DNA of 25,685 nt, taken from positions 1 to 25,685 of the IMG/VR virus record IMGVR_UViG_3300042556_001057; one strand, written 5' to 3'. This document shows, one piece after another, positions 1 to 8,154 of the stretch. How positions within the stretch are numbered: the first letter of the stretch is position 1; every line of letters begins with the position of its first letter. The position numbers and the translations under genes were made by a program. The DNA comes from a virus (taxonomy: Duplodnaviria > Caudoviricetes). A model generated the notes under the pieces. It saw only the letters and a program-made list of their open reading frames with translations. It was not told the DNA's origin and ran no database searches.

Positions 1-316
1 CTTCCCACTGTTCATAGTTTTCGTTTAAAATATTGCGGCAAATAGTTTGAAACCATCTATCCACAATAATATCATCTGTATCTTCTTTACGCTGCATGTA
101 GCCAGCCTTGACTAATCTAGCAACAAAAACTTCATTCCAATCTAATTCAAAACTACCATTACCGATATCATCAGGATCTAATTCTACACTTAATATACTA
201 ATATAAGGTTCTCCAGCCTCGGTGGCCGATTCTTTTGCACTTTTCTTTTTAGACTTTGGCTCGGTTGATCGAGGTTCGGTCTTTGGTTCTGGTTTCTTTT
301 TTAGCCAATCAAACAT
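1..316 (-). CDS. Hypothetical phage protein, truncated at the window edge (MFDWLKKKPEPK...FELDWNEVFV...VDRWFQTICRN...)
   Basis: Translated by hand: ATG at 316 preceded by AAGGA (323-327), open frame to base 1; not in the ORF track because it runs off the edge. Confidence 0.75.
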   Translation of the reverse strand, partial: MFDWLKKKPEPKTEPRSTEPKSKKKSAKESATEAGEPYISILSVELDPDDIGNGSFELDWNEVFVARLVKAGYMQRKEDTDDIIVDRWFQTICRNILNENYEQWE

Positions 317-328
317 ATATTTTCCTTG

Positions 329-1021
329 TTAAAATCTTACTGGCGGTTTATTTGTACTATAATTATCACTATTTTCAACAGATCGCGCCCACGATCTAGT
401 TGCTTCTGAGATCGGAATGTCTGGTACTACCTTGTCCAAATATTCCAAATGCTCTATAGAAGTTGGATGCATATCTTGTTCTTGTGGTCTCCATTTGTAA
501 TTGAAGACTTTTTCATATACACTAGGTCGAATATTTTCTAAAGTATTTGCATAAAGATCAAATAAAGGTTGTGCTTCGTCTAATTCGGCAATAGTGTATT
601 GATCATAATTTTGTATAGGAACCATAGATAAAAATATAAATTTTACGCCTAAATTTTCTAAGTAATTCTTTGCGGCGTGTATCACAGCAAGGTCTCTAAC
701 AAAACATCCTTTTATATCAAAATATCTATGCAAAAATTCTGGGCTGTAAAAATATGTTGTAAAAACATTGCCATGTGTTTCCCAATTATCTTTGATGTAA
801 CGATCTTCTCTTGTTACATTTGTCCACATTATTACTACAGTATCATCTGGGTTAAATTTATTTCTTAACGAACATTCAATCAAACTATTAAAAATAAATT
901 GATTGCCGCCTCCAAGTTTGCCCCAATTTTCAAAATAATCAAATTCTTTGCCTAAAATGTCTGCCCATGTGGGCCAAAAGTATTGCGTAAAACTACAACC
1001 AAAAGTAAAGAGTCTGCGCAC
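329..1021 (-). CDS. SGNH/GDSL-hydrolase-like protein
   Basis: N-terminal FGCSFT (GDS-like block I), NWGKLGGGN (block II-like) and C-terminal DMHP (DxH block V); GTG start just after the queE stop. Confidence 0.55.
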   Translation of the reverse strand: MRRLFTFGCSFTQYFWPTWADILGKEFDYFENWGKLGGGNQFIFNSLIECSLRNKFNPDDTVVIMWTNVTREDRYIKDNWETHGNVFTTYFYSPEFLHRYFDIKGCFVRDLAVIHAAKNYLENLGVKFIFLSMVPIQNYDQYTIAELDEAQPLFDLYANTLENIRPSVYEKVFNYKWRPQEQDMHPTSIEHLEYLDKVVPDIPISEATRSWARSVENSDNYSTNKPPVRF

Positions 1022-1024
1022 TAC

Positions 1025-1879
1025 TCAAGTGCCCCATTCGTTCTTGAATAATGGCACTTGTAATCGATCACTATACCGTAATCCATGTTTCATTGCTAAT
1101 AGTGCAACTGCTCTATTGTTTAGAGAATATATACTTTCTACACCACCAACTGGCATTAGATATACCGAGCCCTTGAATCCTGCGTTGCGATATTGCTCTA
1201 CGGCCTTTAGTGCATCTCGAACATCTTCTGCAGTAGACACAACCAATTTAAGATAAGTGTGTCCTAGATTTTGATACTGACATACAATGTCGGGACGAAT
1301 AGCCTCATCCCAATTTTCGCCACTGACAGGAAGCTTGGCACTGACACTAAATGTAAGTGCTTCGCGACAGCGTCCTTGTGCACCGGTCCAGTCGGTCAAG
1401 TACTCTTGAAATTTAGTATCCAATTCTTGTGTGCCATTTGTTTCAAAAGTAATTTCTTTTAACTTTTGCATACGGGGATGATTAAGCAAGTCGGCGTAAG
1501 CTCGTTGCCAACCTAGCAATGGTTCACCACCGGTGATTACAAGATGTTCATCTTTCCATTTACCATGCGGAAGAATTTCCATAATGCGTTCTACAATGGC
1601 ATTAGAGTCTAACATGGGACTTAGGTCTTTGAATCTTGGATCCCACGACGCATAACTGTCACACCCTGTGCTCACAAGAGGCAATTGTTCATATTTGCTA
1701 AAATAATGGACTCTGGCTGCAATATCTTCTATTTCTCTAGATAACTTTCCTTTAGGCATGCCAAATCCTTTGCAAGTAAAGTTACAACCAAAAGTGCGAA
1801 GGAACACACTAGGTACTCCCATGTATCTACCTTCACCTTGTATGCTATAAAATAATTCTGCTACTTTGATTTTACTCAT
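1025..1879 (-). CDS. queE: 7-carboxy-7-deazaguanine synthase (radical SAM)
   Basis: ELFYSIQGEG, FLRTFGCNFTC...GCDS, VITGGEPLL, FETNGT, VSAKL, YLMP and RLQV motifs; ATGA overlap with queD. Confidence 0.93.
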   Translation of the reverse strand: MSKIKVAELFYSIQGEGRYMGVPSVFLRTFGCNFTCKGFGMPKGKLSREIEDIAARVHYFSKYEQLPLVSTGCDSYASWDPRFKDLSPMLDSNAIVERIMEILPHGKWKDEHLVITGGEPLLGWQRAYADLLNHPRMQKLKEITFETNGTQELDTKFQEYLTDWTGAQGRCREALTFSVSAKLPVSGENWDEAIRPDIVCQYQNLGHTYLKLVVSTAEDVRDALKAVEQYRNAGFKGSVYLMPVGGVESIYSLNNRAVALLAMKHGLRYSDRLQVPLFKNEWGT

Positions 1880-2379
1880 GCAAATAGGTCCTCATTCCAC
1901 TCTCTATGGCCTTCTCTGAAAGCCATGTTGGCTTGTGTTTCACGCACTTCTACTCTATAACACCAAAGTCTTTCGGCTTCCCCAGGCCCCCACATATCAG
2001 GAATATAAACACCGTTAACAAACTTGTACAGTTGATCGGCTAGACCTTCGCAGCCCAACTTAGGCAATACAACGATCTTGGCCATTTTCCGTTCTTGTAG
2101 CAGTTTGAATGTGGCCAATTCAGGATCGTCCTGTGCCACAATCAAGGTATGGTCAAACTGATCTTCAAGGATCCGCTTGAGGTCTTTAAGGCCGCCGTAG
2201 TCAGCTGCCCAGTTACGCACATCCAGATCGTCTGTGCCAAAGTAGAACTTCATGCTAAAGCTATAGCCATGAATTAGGTTGCAGTGACTATCGGCTCGCC
2301 ATTGGCGATATGCACACGGAAATGCATCGTGATATTCTTTTGTGCTTGTATATTTGTAAACTCTTGTTGCTAAAGACAT
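1876..2379 (-). CDS. queD: 6-carboxy-5,6,7,8-tetrahydropterin synthase (QueD/PTPS family)
   Basis: HCNLIHGY, DYGGLK, QFDHTLI, GCEGLA and VEVRET T-fold motifs; SD AGGAG at 2386-2390; directly upstream of queE. Confidence 0.88.
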   Translation of the reverse strand: MSLATRVYKYTSTKEYHDAFPCAYRQWRADSHCNLIHGYSFSMKFYFGTDDLDVRNWAADYGGLKDLKRILEDQFDHTLIVAQDDPELATFKLLQERKMAKIVVLPKLGCEGLADQLYKFVNGVYIPDMWGPGEAERLWCYRVEVRETQANMAFREGHREWNEDLFA

Positions 2380-2385
2380 TTTATT

Positions 2386-2456
2386 CTCCTATGTTAAGAT
2401 TTTAGCATAGGCCTGCAGAATTTGTAAAGCGGGATGAAGAGCCAGGAAGGCCGCTG
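2386..2456 (-). ncRNA. Candidate cis-regulatory structured RNA (riboswitch-like) in the queD-queE leader
   Basis: Stem AGCGG/CCGCU (2455-2451 with 2432-2428); hairpin CCUAUG/CAUAGG (2411-2406 with 2393-2388) overlapping the SD; alternative pairing GGCCU (2452-2448)/AGGCC (2414-2410); GC-rich for an intergenic region. Confidence 0.5.
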
Positions 2457-2466
2457 TGTAGATTTG

Positions 2467-2473
2467 TATTTAT
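2467..2473 (-). promoter_or_regulatory. Possible T4-like late-promoter element (ATAAATA)
   Basis: ATAAATA on the minus strand just 5' of the queD leader RNA; similar to the T4 late consensus TATAAATA, but a short AT-rich motif. Confidence 0.35.
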
Positions 2474-2477
2474 GCTT

Positions 2478-3026
2478 TTAATTTTGCCACCAATTTTCCC
2501 AAGGGAATACAATCCAACAAGGATCGTCTAATTTATTAATACTACGACCGCTGTAATCAATACCTTGATAATTGCTGGCTTCGTTGTTGATGACAACAGC
2601 GAACCTTACATTACGATTCCATATGGCATCCCATGCAGCGTGATTTGGTAAACAACTACTAGCCCAATCTTGACGGATCCATTCTAGTGTTGCACCAGAA
2701 TCATTTATATCGTCAACGATTAAGATGTTTTTACGATATGCAGGATCTGTGTCTGCATCGCCGGATCCGCGCTCATCTTTTGGAACATAACCAAACGCAT
2801 GTTCAGCCATCCAGAGATTGCTTTCTGACTCACCACCATCTCGCAGACTTACTTTTAATGTCTCGCATGGTACATCAAAATAGTGACTGATCATCAAGGC
2901 CGGCGTTAGTCCGCCTCTAGTGATACCTACCACATAATCAGGACGCCAATCACTGTTGGCAATGTCTCGGCAAAGTTCGTGAACCAATCCTTTAAATTCG
3001 CGATTTGTGATGTGTAATTTTTTCAT
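2478..3026 (-). CDS. Purine phosphoribosyltransferase (xanthine-guanine PRTase, Gpt-like)
   Basis: VVGITRGGL, PRPP-binding loop ILIVDDINDSGATL and C-terminal WIVFPWE typical of Gpt. Confidence 0.85.
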   Translation of the reverse strand: MKKLHITNREFKGLVHELCRDIANSDWRPDYVVGITRGGLTPALMISHYFDVPCETLKVSLRDGGESESNLWMAEHAFGYVPKDERGSGDADTDPAYRKNILIVDDINDSGATLEWIRQDWASSCLPNHAAWDAIWNRNVRFAVVINNEASNYQGIDYSGRSINKLDDPCWIVFPWENWWQN

Positions 3027-3027
3027 A

Positions 3028-5445
3028 TTAGTAAAAGTATTTCAGTTCAAGTTGAGTTCTATACTGTCCATTATCTACAAACATTCCTGATATTTTATAT
3101 GCAATATTTTTTGTAATCGTATCTGTATAAACAGTTCTTAGATACATGTTTACAGGATTGTTTATCTTGAAATGCGTATTAGTATATTGTATATTACCTT
3201 GAGTGTCAATACCAGTTGGTAATTCTGCATTTACACTGCCATTTACAATCCAGGGTCTTACTCCGGTAAAAAAACCAAATCGTTTTGTGGCGTATCCTGT
3301 TTCTAACCATACAGCATGAAAGTTATCTACTTTAGTAATTAGTCCAGGGTTAATGTCACTAGTTGTCAGAATATAACCAATTTGATTTTGCCAATCAGAT
3401 TTTTTATAAGTTACTGTAGATTCAAACATCGATGAATAATTTATACTGCCCCACATACCACTTAGCTGAATCCATGGATTGTAATTAAGTGTTGTAATTT
3501 GTGCGCTAACAGACAAAGATTCATTAATTGGCAACAATGATGTGCCTATGCTCCAGACGCTGTTATTACCTCCAAAGCGCATACTACTATATTCATAGTT
3601 ACTGCCACCTATTAGGTATTCTGTTTGACTGCGTGGTGTAACTTGGTCTGGTACATAATTTCTTGACCAAAAGTTTGAATCATTTATCACAGAAGGAGAA
3701 ATGTTAATAGCAAAGTTTCTTCCTAAACTGTCTAAAGCCTGAACAGGCAATTGCACTGATTCTATTTTGATACCAGAGATATAACCTGTAACTGGTAGGT
3801 GTTTAATTTGTAAACCACCAATTGGTGACAATGCTGCATCCAAATCAATTACATCACCGTTTAAATATGTTTTTGATGTTTGTGACAATACAGTGTTAGC
3901 TGTAGCATCGCTCATCCATGGCCATCTAGCTTGAACTGTGCTAATTGCTTGTGCTGCGTTAACAAAACTATCTCCAATGAGACCAAGATAAACTGCCATT
4001 TGATTGTTACTTAATTTTACCGCTGTAATTAAATAAAGTTTGTCATCCGGGCCGCGCAGAACGTTTAAAGTATTACCCACATTTGGATGATTGGCAATGG
4101 CATTTGTTTGTGCAGAAAAATCTGTTAAAACATTTTGATAAGCTGCCATGTACTTGCCATCGCTTGTTTTTAACAAAATCTGACTACTATTGTTTTGGTA
4201 AAAATCCCCGGCAGTTGGTAAAAGTATATCAACTAAACCGTCCCCGTTAATATCTACAAACTTAGGATTATAGCTTACTACTGTATTTGTATTGTATCCG
4301 ACTACCACGTTGTCAGTTTCGTCGGTAAAATTACCGTGACCGTCATTTTTTAAAAATTGTATTTCACTAAATTTAGGCCATCCATCGACTAGATTTCTAG
4401 TTGGTCGACTGAGTACAATGGCATCCATAACACCATTGTCGTTCCAATCATATGCTATCACTCTTACATTGTGTCCGGCACTGCCCGGTATTCCTCCGCT
4501 AAAATTATAAGATGCCCATTTAGGTAACTCAAATCTTGGTTTAGGACCTAAACTAATTAGAGAAAAATTCAGATTATCGGAACCGTCAATATTCCAACTA
4601 TAAAGTCCTGGTTCATTATAACTATTCCCCTGTGAGTTTCCTTGATCAACAGCTAGTATAGTTTTCGTTCCGTTATTTAGAAAATCAGCAACAGCCAAGC
4701 TACTCATGCCAGGCAAACTTCTATATTGCTGGGTATAGGTTACAAAAGTCCTATTACCTTGATTGAATGCAAGTGCAGTGTTCCATCCATAATCACCAAT
4801 AATGATATCTTTGTGACCATCATTGTCTAAATCTGCAATTGCGATATCATGAGCTTCAACATGGTTTTTAGAGTCAGCCCGTGCCAATTCAGATGGCGCA
4901 ATGTTTATATCTATTGTTGCTCTTGTGAAGGAATTATTAGGATTGTTAAAGTATGCATAAGCAGGATGTTTAATTGTTGTGACACCATCCGTATAAGGAG
5001 CCACAACCATATCTAATCTACCGTTGTTGTCTAAATCTGCAAACTTAGCTGTGTGAGCTCCTACTATTTTATTTTCTTGAGCAGTGAACCAAGTGCTAGT
5101 TTGATCAACAAGTTTATTATTTTGCCAACCATAAATTGAAATATTAAAGTCTTTCCAATTAGATTCATTGGCAGGTTGGCTTTTAAAACCTGTAACAATT
5201 AGATTGTCTCCAGAACTAGTTAATTTTTCAGTGTGTAAATCAACAATTGCCCAGGAGTAATCCTCAGATGTTGTTGCTAGTGGGGTTATATATCCAGCTT
5301 TGGTTGGGGTATAATATGGTACAGGATACGAAGGCTGTATTGGAGGATTATAAGAAGGACGTACAATAGGACTACTACCTCCGCCACCGCACCCAAAAAG
5401 AACTAATACGATTGCTAAAATTGCAACACGCATAAGAAAATCCAT
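3028..5445 (-). CDS. FG-GAP/VCBS-repeat lipoprotein with probable C-terminal beta-barrel (autotransporter-like)
   Basis: Signal peptide with lipobox LFG-C followed by GGGGSS; repeats ADLDNNGRLDMVV, ADLDNDGHKDIII, ADFLNNG, YDWNDNGVMDAIV, VDINGDGLVDILL; ends LELKYFY. Confidence 0.7.
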   Translation of the reverse strand: MDFLMRVAILAIVLVLFGCGGGGSSPIVRPSYNPPIQPSYPVPYYTPTKAGYITPLATTSEDYSWAIVDLHTEKLTSSGDNLIVTGFKSQPANESNWKDFNISIYGWQNNKLVDQTSTWFTAQENKIVGAHTAKFADLDNNGRLDMVVAPYTDGVTTIKHPAYAYFNNPNNSFTRATIDINIAPSELARADSKNHVEAHDIAIADLDNDGHKDIIIGDYGWNTALAFNQGNRTFVTYTQQYRSLPGMSSLAVADFLNNGTKTILAVDQGNSQGNSYNEPGLYSWNIDGSDNLNFSLISLGPKPRFELPKWASYNFSGGIPGSAGHNVRVIAYDWNDNGVMDAIVLSRPTRNLVDGWPKFSEIQFLKNDGHGNFTDETDNVVVGYNTNTVVSYNPKFVDINGDGLVDILLPTAGDFYQNNSSQILLKTSDGKYMAAYQNVLTDFSAQTNAIANHPNVGNTLNVLRGPDDKLYLITAVKLSNNQMAVYLGLIGDSFVNAAQAISTVQARWPWMSDATANTVLSQTSKTYLNGDVIDLDAALSPIGGLQIKHLPVTGYISGIKIESVQLPVQALDSLGRNFAINISPSVINDSNFWSRNYVPDQVTPRSQTEYLIGGSNYEYSSMRFGGNNSVWSIGTSLLPINESLSVSAQITTLNYNPWIQLSGMWGSINYSSMFESTVTYKKSDWQNQIGYILTTSDINPGLITKVDNFHAVWLETGYATKRFGFFTGVRPWIVNGSVNAELPTGIDTQGNIQYTNTHFKINNPVNMYLRTVYTDTITKNIAYKISGMFVDNGQYRTQLELKYFY

Positions 5446-5465
5446 TATGTAAACTATGAAACACT

Positions 5466-5494
5466 AGTTTAACATAATGGATATAATTTGTCAA
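5466..5494 (-). promoter_or_regulatory. Sigma70-type promoter for the FG-GAP lipoprotein gene
   Basis: TTGACA (5494-5489), 17-bp spacer ending in TGT, TAAACT (5471-5466). Confidence 0.65.
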
Positions 5495-5495
5495 A

Positions 5496-5684
5496 TCAAT
5501 CTCTTTCCATTGCGGCTGCTTCTTTGATCAAACCAATTAGCTCGTCCATGTTTTTACATAGTACTTTGGCTGTGGTCCAATCACCACCATCGTCGCGCCC
5601 GCTAATTTCTAACATAAATCCATTATCATACATGTATACAGAAAAGTTGTCGTTTACCTTTTCTAGTTTTTCGTTGAGTGTCAT
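5496..5684 (-). CDS. Small hypothetical phage protein (62 aa)
   Basis: ATGA overlap with the upstream gene, AGGA upstream, fills the gap in the co-oriented array. Confidence 0.7.
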   Translation of the reverse strand: MTLNEKLEKVNDNFSVYMYDNGFMLEISGRDDGGDWTTAKVLCKNMDELIGLIKEAAAMERD

Positions 5685-5917
5685 TTTAATCCTTTCTTGA
5701 GTTTGGCTTCTTGAATTCCTGCCTGTATCATTTTTTTGAAAATTAATGTTACTCTTCCTTTTTCCTGTTCGGTAAGGTATTTTACTAACATTAGTTTATC
5801 GTCGTAACTGTTTGCCCCTTTTAAAAACTCTTCTGGAACTGCCAATTTTGGTTTTTTTGGTTTGAATTTTTTTAAATTGGCTTTTACATCGTCATTGTTA
5901 TTATTGTTATCAGACAT
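5681..5917 (-). CDS. Small basic hypothetical protein (78 aa)
   Basis: Co-oriented, purine-rich GGAG-type SD in the 3' end of the upstream gene, Lys-rich. Confidence 0.65.
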   Translation of the reverse strand: MSDNNNNNDDVKANLKKFKPKKPKLAVPEEFLKGANSYDDKLMLVKYLTEQEKGRVTLIFKKMIQAGIQEAKLKKGLK

Positions 5918-5923
5918 TGGTTG

Positions 5924-6601
5924 TTACTCTCTCCTCCCACCAAAAAGGTGTAATAAACTTAAGAATAAATTAATAAAGTCCAAGTACAAAGTAAGTGCGC
6001 CCATGACTTCTACTGCAGGCCCGTCTGACTCCATAATTTGTTCTCTAATCTTTTGAGTATCATAGGCAGTCAATCCCAAAAAGATTATCACTGCCGCTGC
6101 ACTCACAAACATTTGTAATGCCGATGATCCTATGAAAATATTAATGATACTGACTATAATGATTGCAATTAAACCGATCATCAGATATTTTCCAACACTA
6201 TCTAAACTTTTTTTGGTAAAATATCCATAAAAACTCATTACACCAAACAATACTGCTGCACCCAAAAAGGCATTTACAATACTGGCTGTGGTATATATTA
6301 CAAATATAGTAGCAAAACTCAAGCCCATTAGGGCTGCGAAACCATGTAGGCAAAGTTGAGCAGTAGATCGACTTGGATTATTTCCTAGCACATATCCAAC
6401 ACCAAAGATAGCCGCAAGTGGAGCAAAAATTACAATCCATTTTACAATACCTGTAAAAAAGAAAGTCATTAGTACTGCATTTGATGCTACAAACATACTC
6501 ACAATCATGCTTGTTATTACTGCTAGTGCCATATTACCATACACACGACTCATAGCACTATTAACTTCTGTTGCTGTTCGATAAGGCAATGCATATTCCA
6601 T
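5924..6601 (-). CDS. Bax inhibitor-1/YccA family membrane protein
   Basis: About 7 hydrophobic segments, MSRVYGNM, TKKSL, LTAYDTQKIR and ALTLYLDFINLFLSLL motifs; SD AGGAG at 6608-6612. Confidence 0.9.
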   Translation of the reverse strand: MEYALPYRTATEVNSAMSRVYGNMALAVITSMIVSMFVASNAVLMTFFFTGIVKWIVIFAPLAAIFGVGYVLGNNPSRSTAQLCLHGFAALMGLSFATIFVIYTTASIVNAFLGAAVLFGVMSFYGYFTKKSLDSVGKYLMIGLIAIIIVSIINIFIGSSALQMFVSAAAVIIFLGLTAYDTQKIREQIMESDGPAVEVMGALTLYLDFINLFLSLLHLFGGRRE

Positions 6602-6625
6602 TTTGATCTCCTATTAATAATTATC

Positions 6626-6877
6626 TTATACTAGCTCTTCAATTACACCAAGTATTTCGGCTGCAATTAAAAATGCTCCAGCAAGCATTAAATTTTGTGG
6701 CCAAACCAACGCAATACCAGCAGCGATTCGTGTTGCACTTTTTACTAGACTTACATAAAAATGTCCCGGGCTAGTATCTCGAGGTTGAATATTCAGTAGC
6801 GGTGGGTGATGTGGACAACGACCCTGTTGCCAATCACAATCTGGTGAATATTCCTTATTACAAGTTGTACATTTCAT
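6626..6877 (-). CDS. Small hypothetical protein with a Cys/His-rich N-terminus and hydrophobic C-terminus
   Basis: CTTC...C...CPHH followed by two hydrophobic stretches; ATGA overlap with folE. Confidence 0.6.
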   Translation of the reverse strand: MKCTTCNKEYSPDCDWQQGRCPHHPPLLNIQPRDTSPGHFYVSLVKSATRIAAGIALVWPQNLMLAGAFLIAAEILGVIEELV

Positions 6878-7569
6878 CGCGGAGCAAACTCCTGTTGTAA
6901 TTTGATATTGTCGAAGAATTCTTTCTTGGTACTTTGATCCGTTTTAAACGCACCTTTTAGGACTGTGGTCTGGGTAAGACTACTGTGTGCCATAACGCCG
7001 CGATTCTCGCAGCAACCGTGGGTGGCCTGTATGTATACAGCCACATCCCCACTTCCAGTCGCAAATTCAATTTCTCGTGCAATGTCCATACAAAGTTCTT
7101 CCTGAAGAGTGCCTCTCCGGGCACACCACTGGGCGATTCTTGTGTACTTTGAAAGACCAATAAGCTTGGGACCAGCAATAATGCCAATATAAGCAACGCC
7201 AGAAACAGGCTGGTGATGATGGCTGCAAACGCTCTTGAGCTCGCTTCGTACGACCAACATACCTTCGTATTTTCCATCAGTGTCATTCGGAAATGCAGTA
7301 GCGTTTGGAGTCGGGTCATATCTACCTGCCATTAATTCATTGTAATACATTTTGGCAAGACGCCGTGCTGTGCCCGTACTGTTAGGATCTGTTGCTCGAT
7401 CAATTAGTAGTGTATCTAACACACCTTCAAATGCTTCGGTGGCTTCGTTGATTAATTGCTCACGATCATCGTCATTGATATAGCTGCTAATATTATCTCC
7501 GGCCCAATATCTTTTGCCGTCGGATAACATTTGTTCTCTAATGCGATCACTTACCTTTGTATATTTCAT
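6874..7569 (-). CDS. folE: GTP cyclohydrolase I
   Basis: TARRLAKMY, SVCSHHH, IGLSKYTRI, LQEEL, HGCCENRG and KKEFF motifs. Confidence 0.95.
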   Translation of the reverse strand: MKYTKVSDRIREQMLSDGKRYWAGDNISSYINDDDREQLINEATEAFEGVLDTLLIDRATDPNSTGTARRLAKMYYNELMAGRYDPTPNATAFPNDTDGKYEGMLVVRSELKSVCSHHHQPVSGVAYIGIIAGPKLIGLSKYTRIAQWCARRGTLQEELCMDIAREIEFATGSGDVAVYIQATHGCCENRGVMAHSSLTQTTVLKGAFKTDQSTKKEFFDNIKLQQEFAPR

Positions 7570-8154
7570 TTAATCTCCAATAATTTCTATATCTCTTAGA
7601 TCTGGATATTCGTGATATTTAGGCGGCTCATTTACAAAATATAATTTTTCTAGACCGATCCTTGCATCTTCAATAGTGGGACGATAATGGTATCCCACCA
7701 TGAACGAACGCTGCGCCTGCCACGGCGCAATTTGTAAGTCGCGGCCATCATATCTCTGCTGTAATAGAATGCCATATGCTTCCTTGTCATCCAACAGTAT
7801 AGCACCACCGTGGCCTATTTGTAAAGGCTTGTTATGACCAAAGCTTACACATTGCATCTGGCCGGGTCTATACATTCCAGCTTCTAATCTTCTGGCACTA
7901 TCCCAGATGTCTGTTCCATAGAAACGATATTCCCCAGTCCATTTTTCAGGTACCAGTTCATATTCTATACCCAGTTTGTGCATGGTCATAGGAATAGATA
8001 GGTATGTGTATGCTGTAAATTGAACTCGTTTGACCTGTTTATATCGCAGGCATAATTCAATTGCATGCGTACAACAATCAGTCATGACGGCATAAGGTGC
8101 GCCAGTTTTCTTTGCTAACAGTCGTTCAAATTGAACAATTTCTTCAAATGCCAC
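7570..8154 (-). CDS. Short DegT/DnrJ/EryC1/StrS-like PLP-dependent (sugar) aminotransferase
   Basis: FERLLAKKTGAPYAVMTDCCTHAIELCL, IWDSA and SFGHNKPLQIGHGGAILLDD (PLP-lysine motif); likely GTG start at 8154 overlapping the galE end (ORF track extends to 8184). Confidence 0.75.
   Translation of the reverse strand: MAFEEIVQFERLLAKKTGAPYAVMTDCCTHAIELCLRYKQVKRVQFTAYTYLSIPMTMHKLGIEYELVPEKWTGEYRFYGTDIWDSARRLEAGMYRPGQMQCVSFGHNKPLQIGHGGAILLDDKEAYGILLQQRYDGRDLQIAPWQAQRSFMVGYHYRPTIEDARIGLEKLYFVNEPPKYHEYPDLRDIEIIGD

Noticed and set aside
5890-5912. AAT/AAC trinucleotide run
   Set aside because: Just encodes a short Asn tract (DNNNNNDD); too short to call a functional repeat
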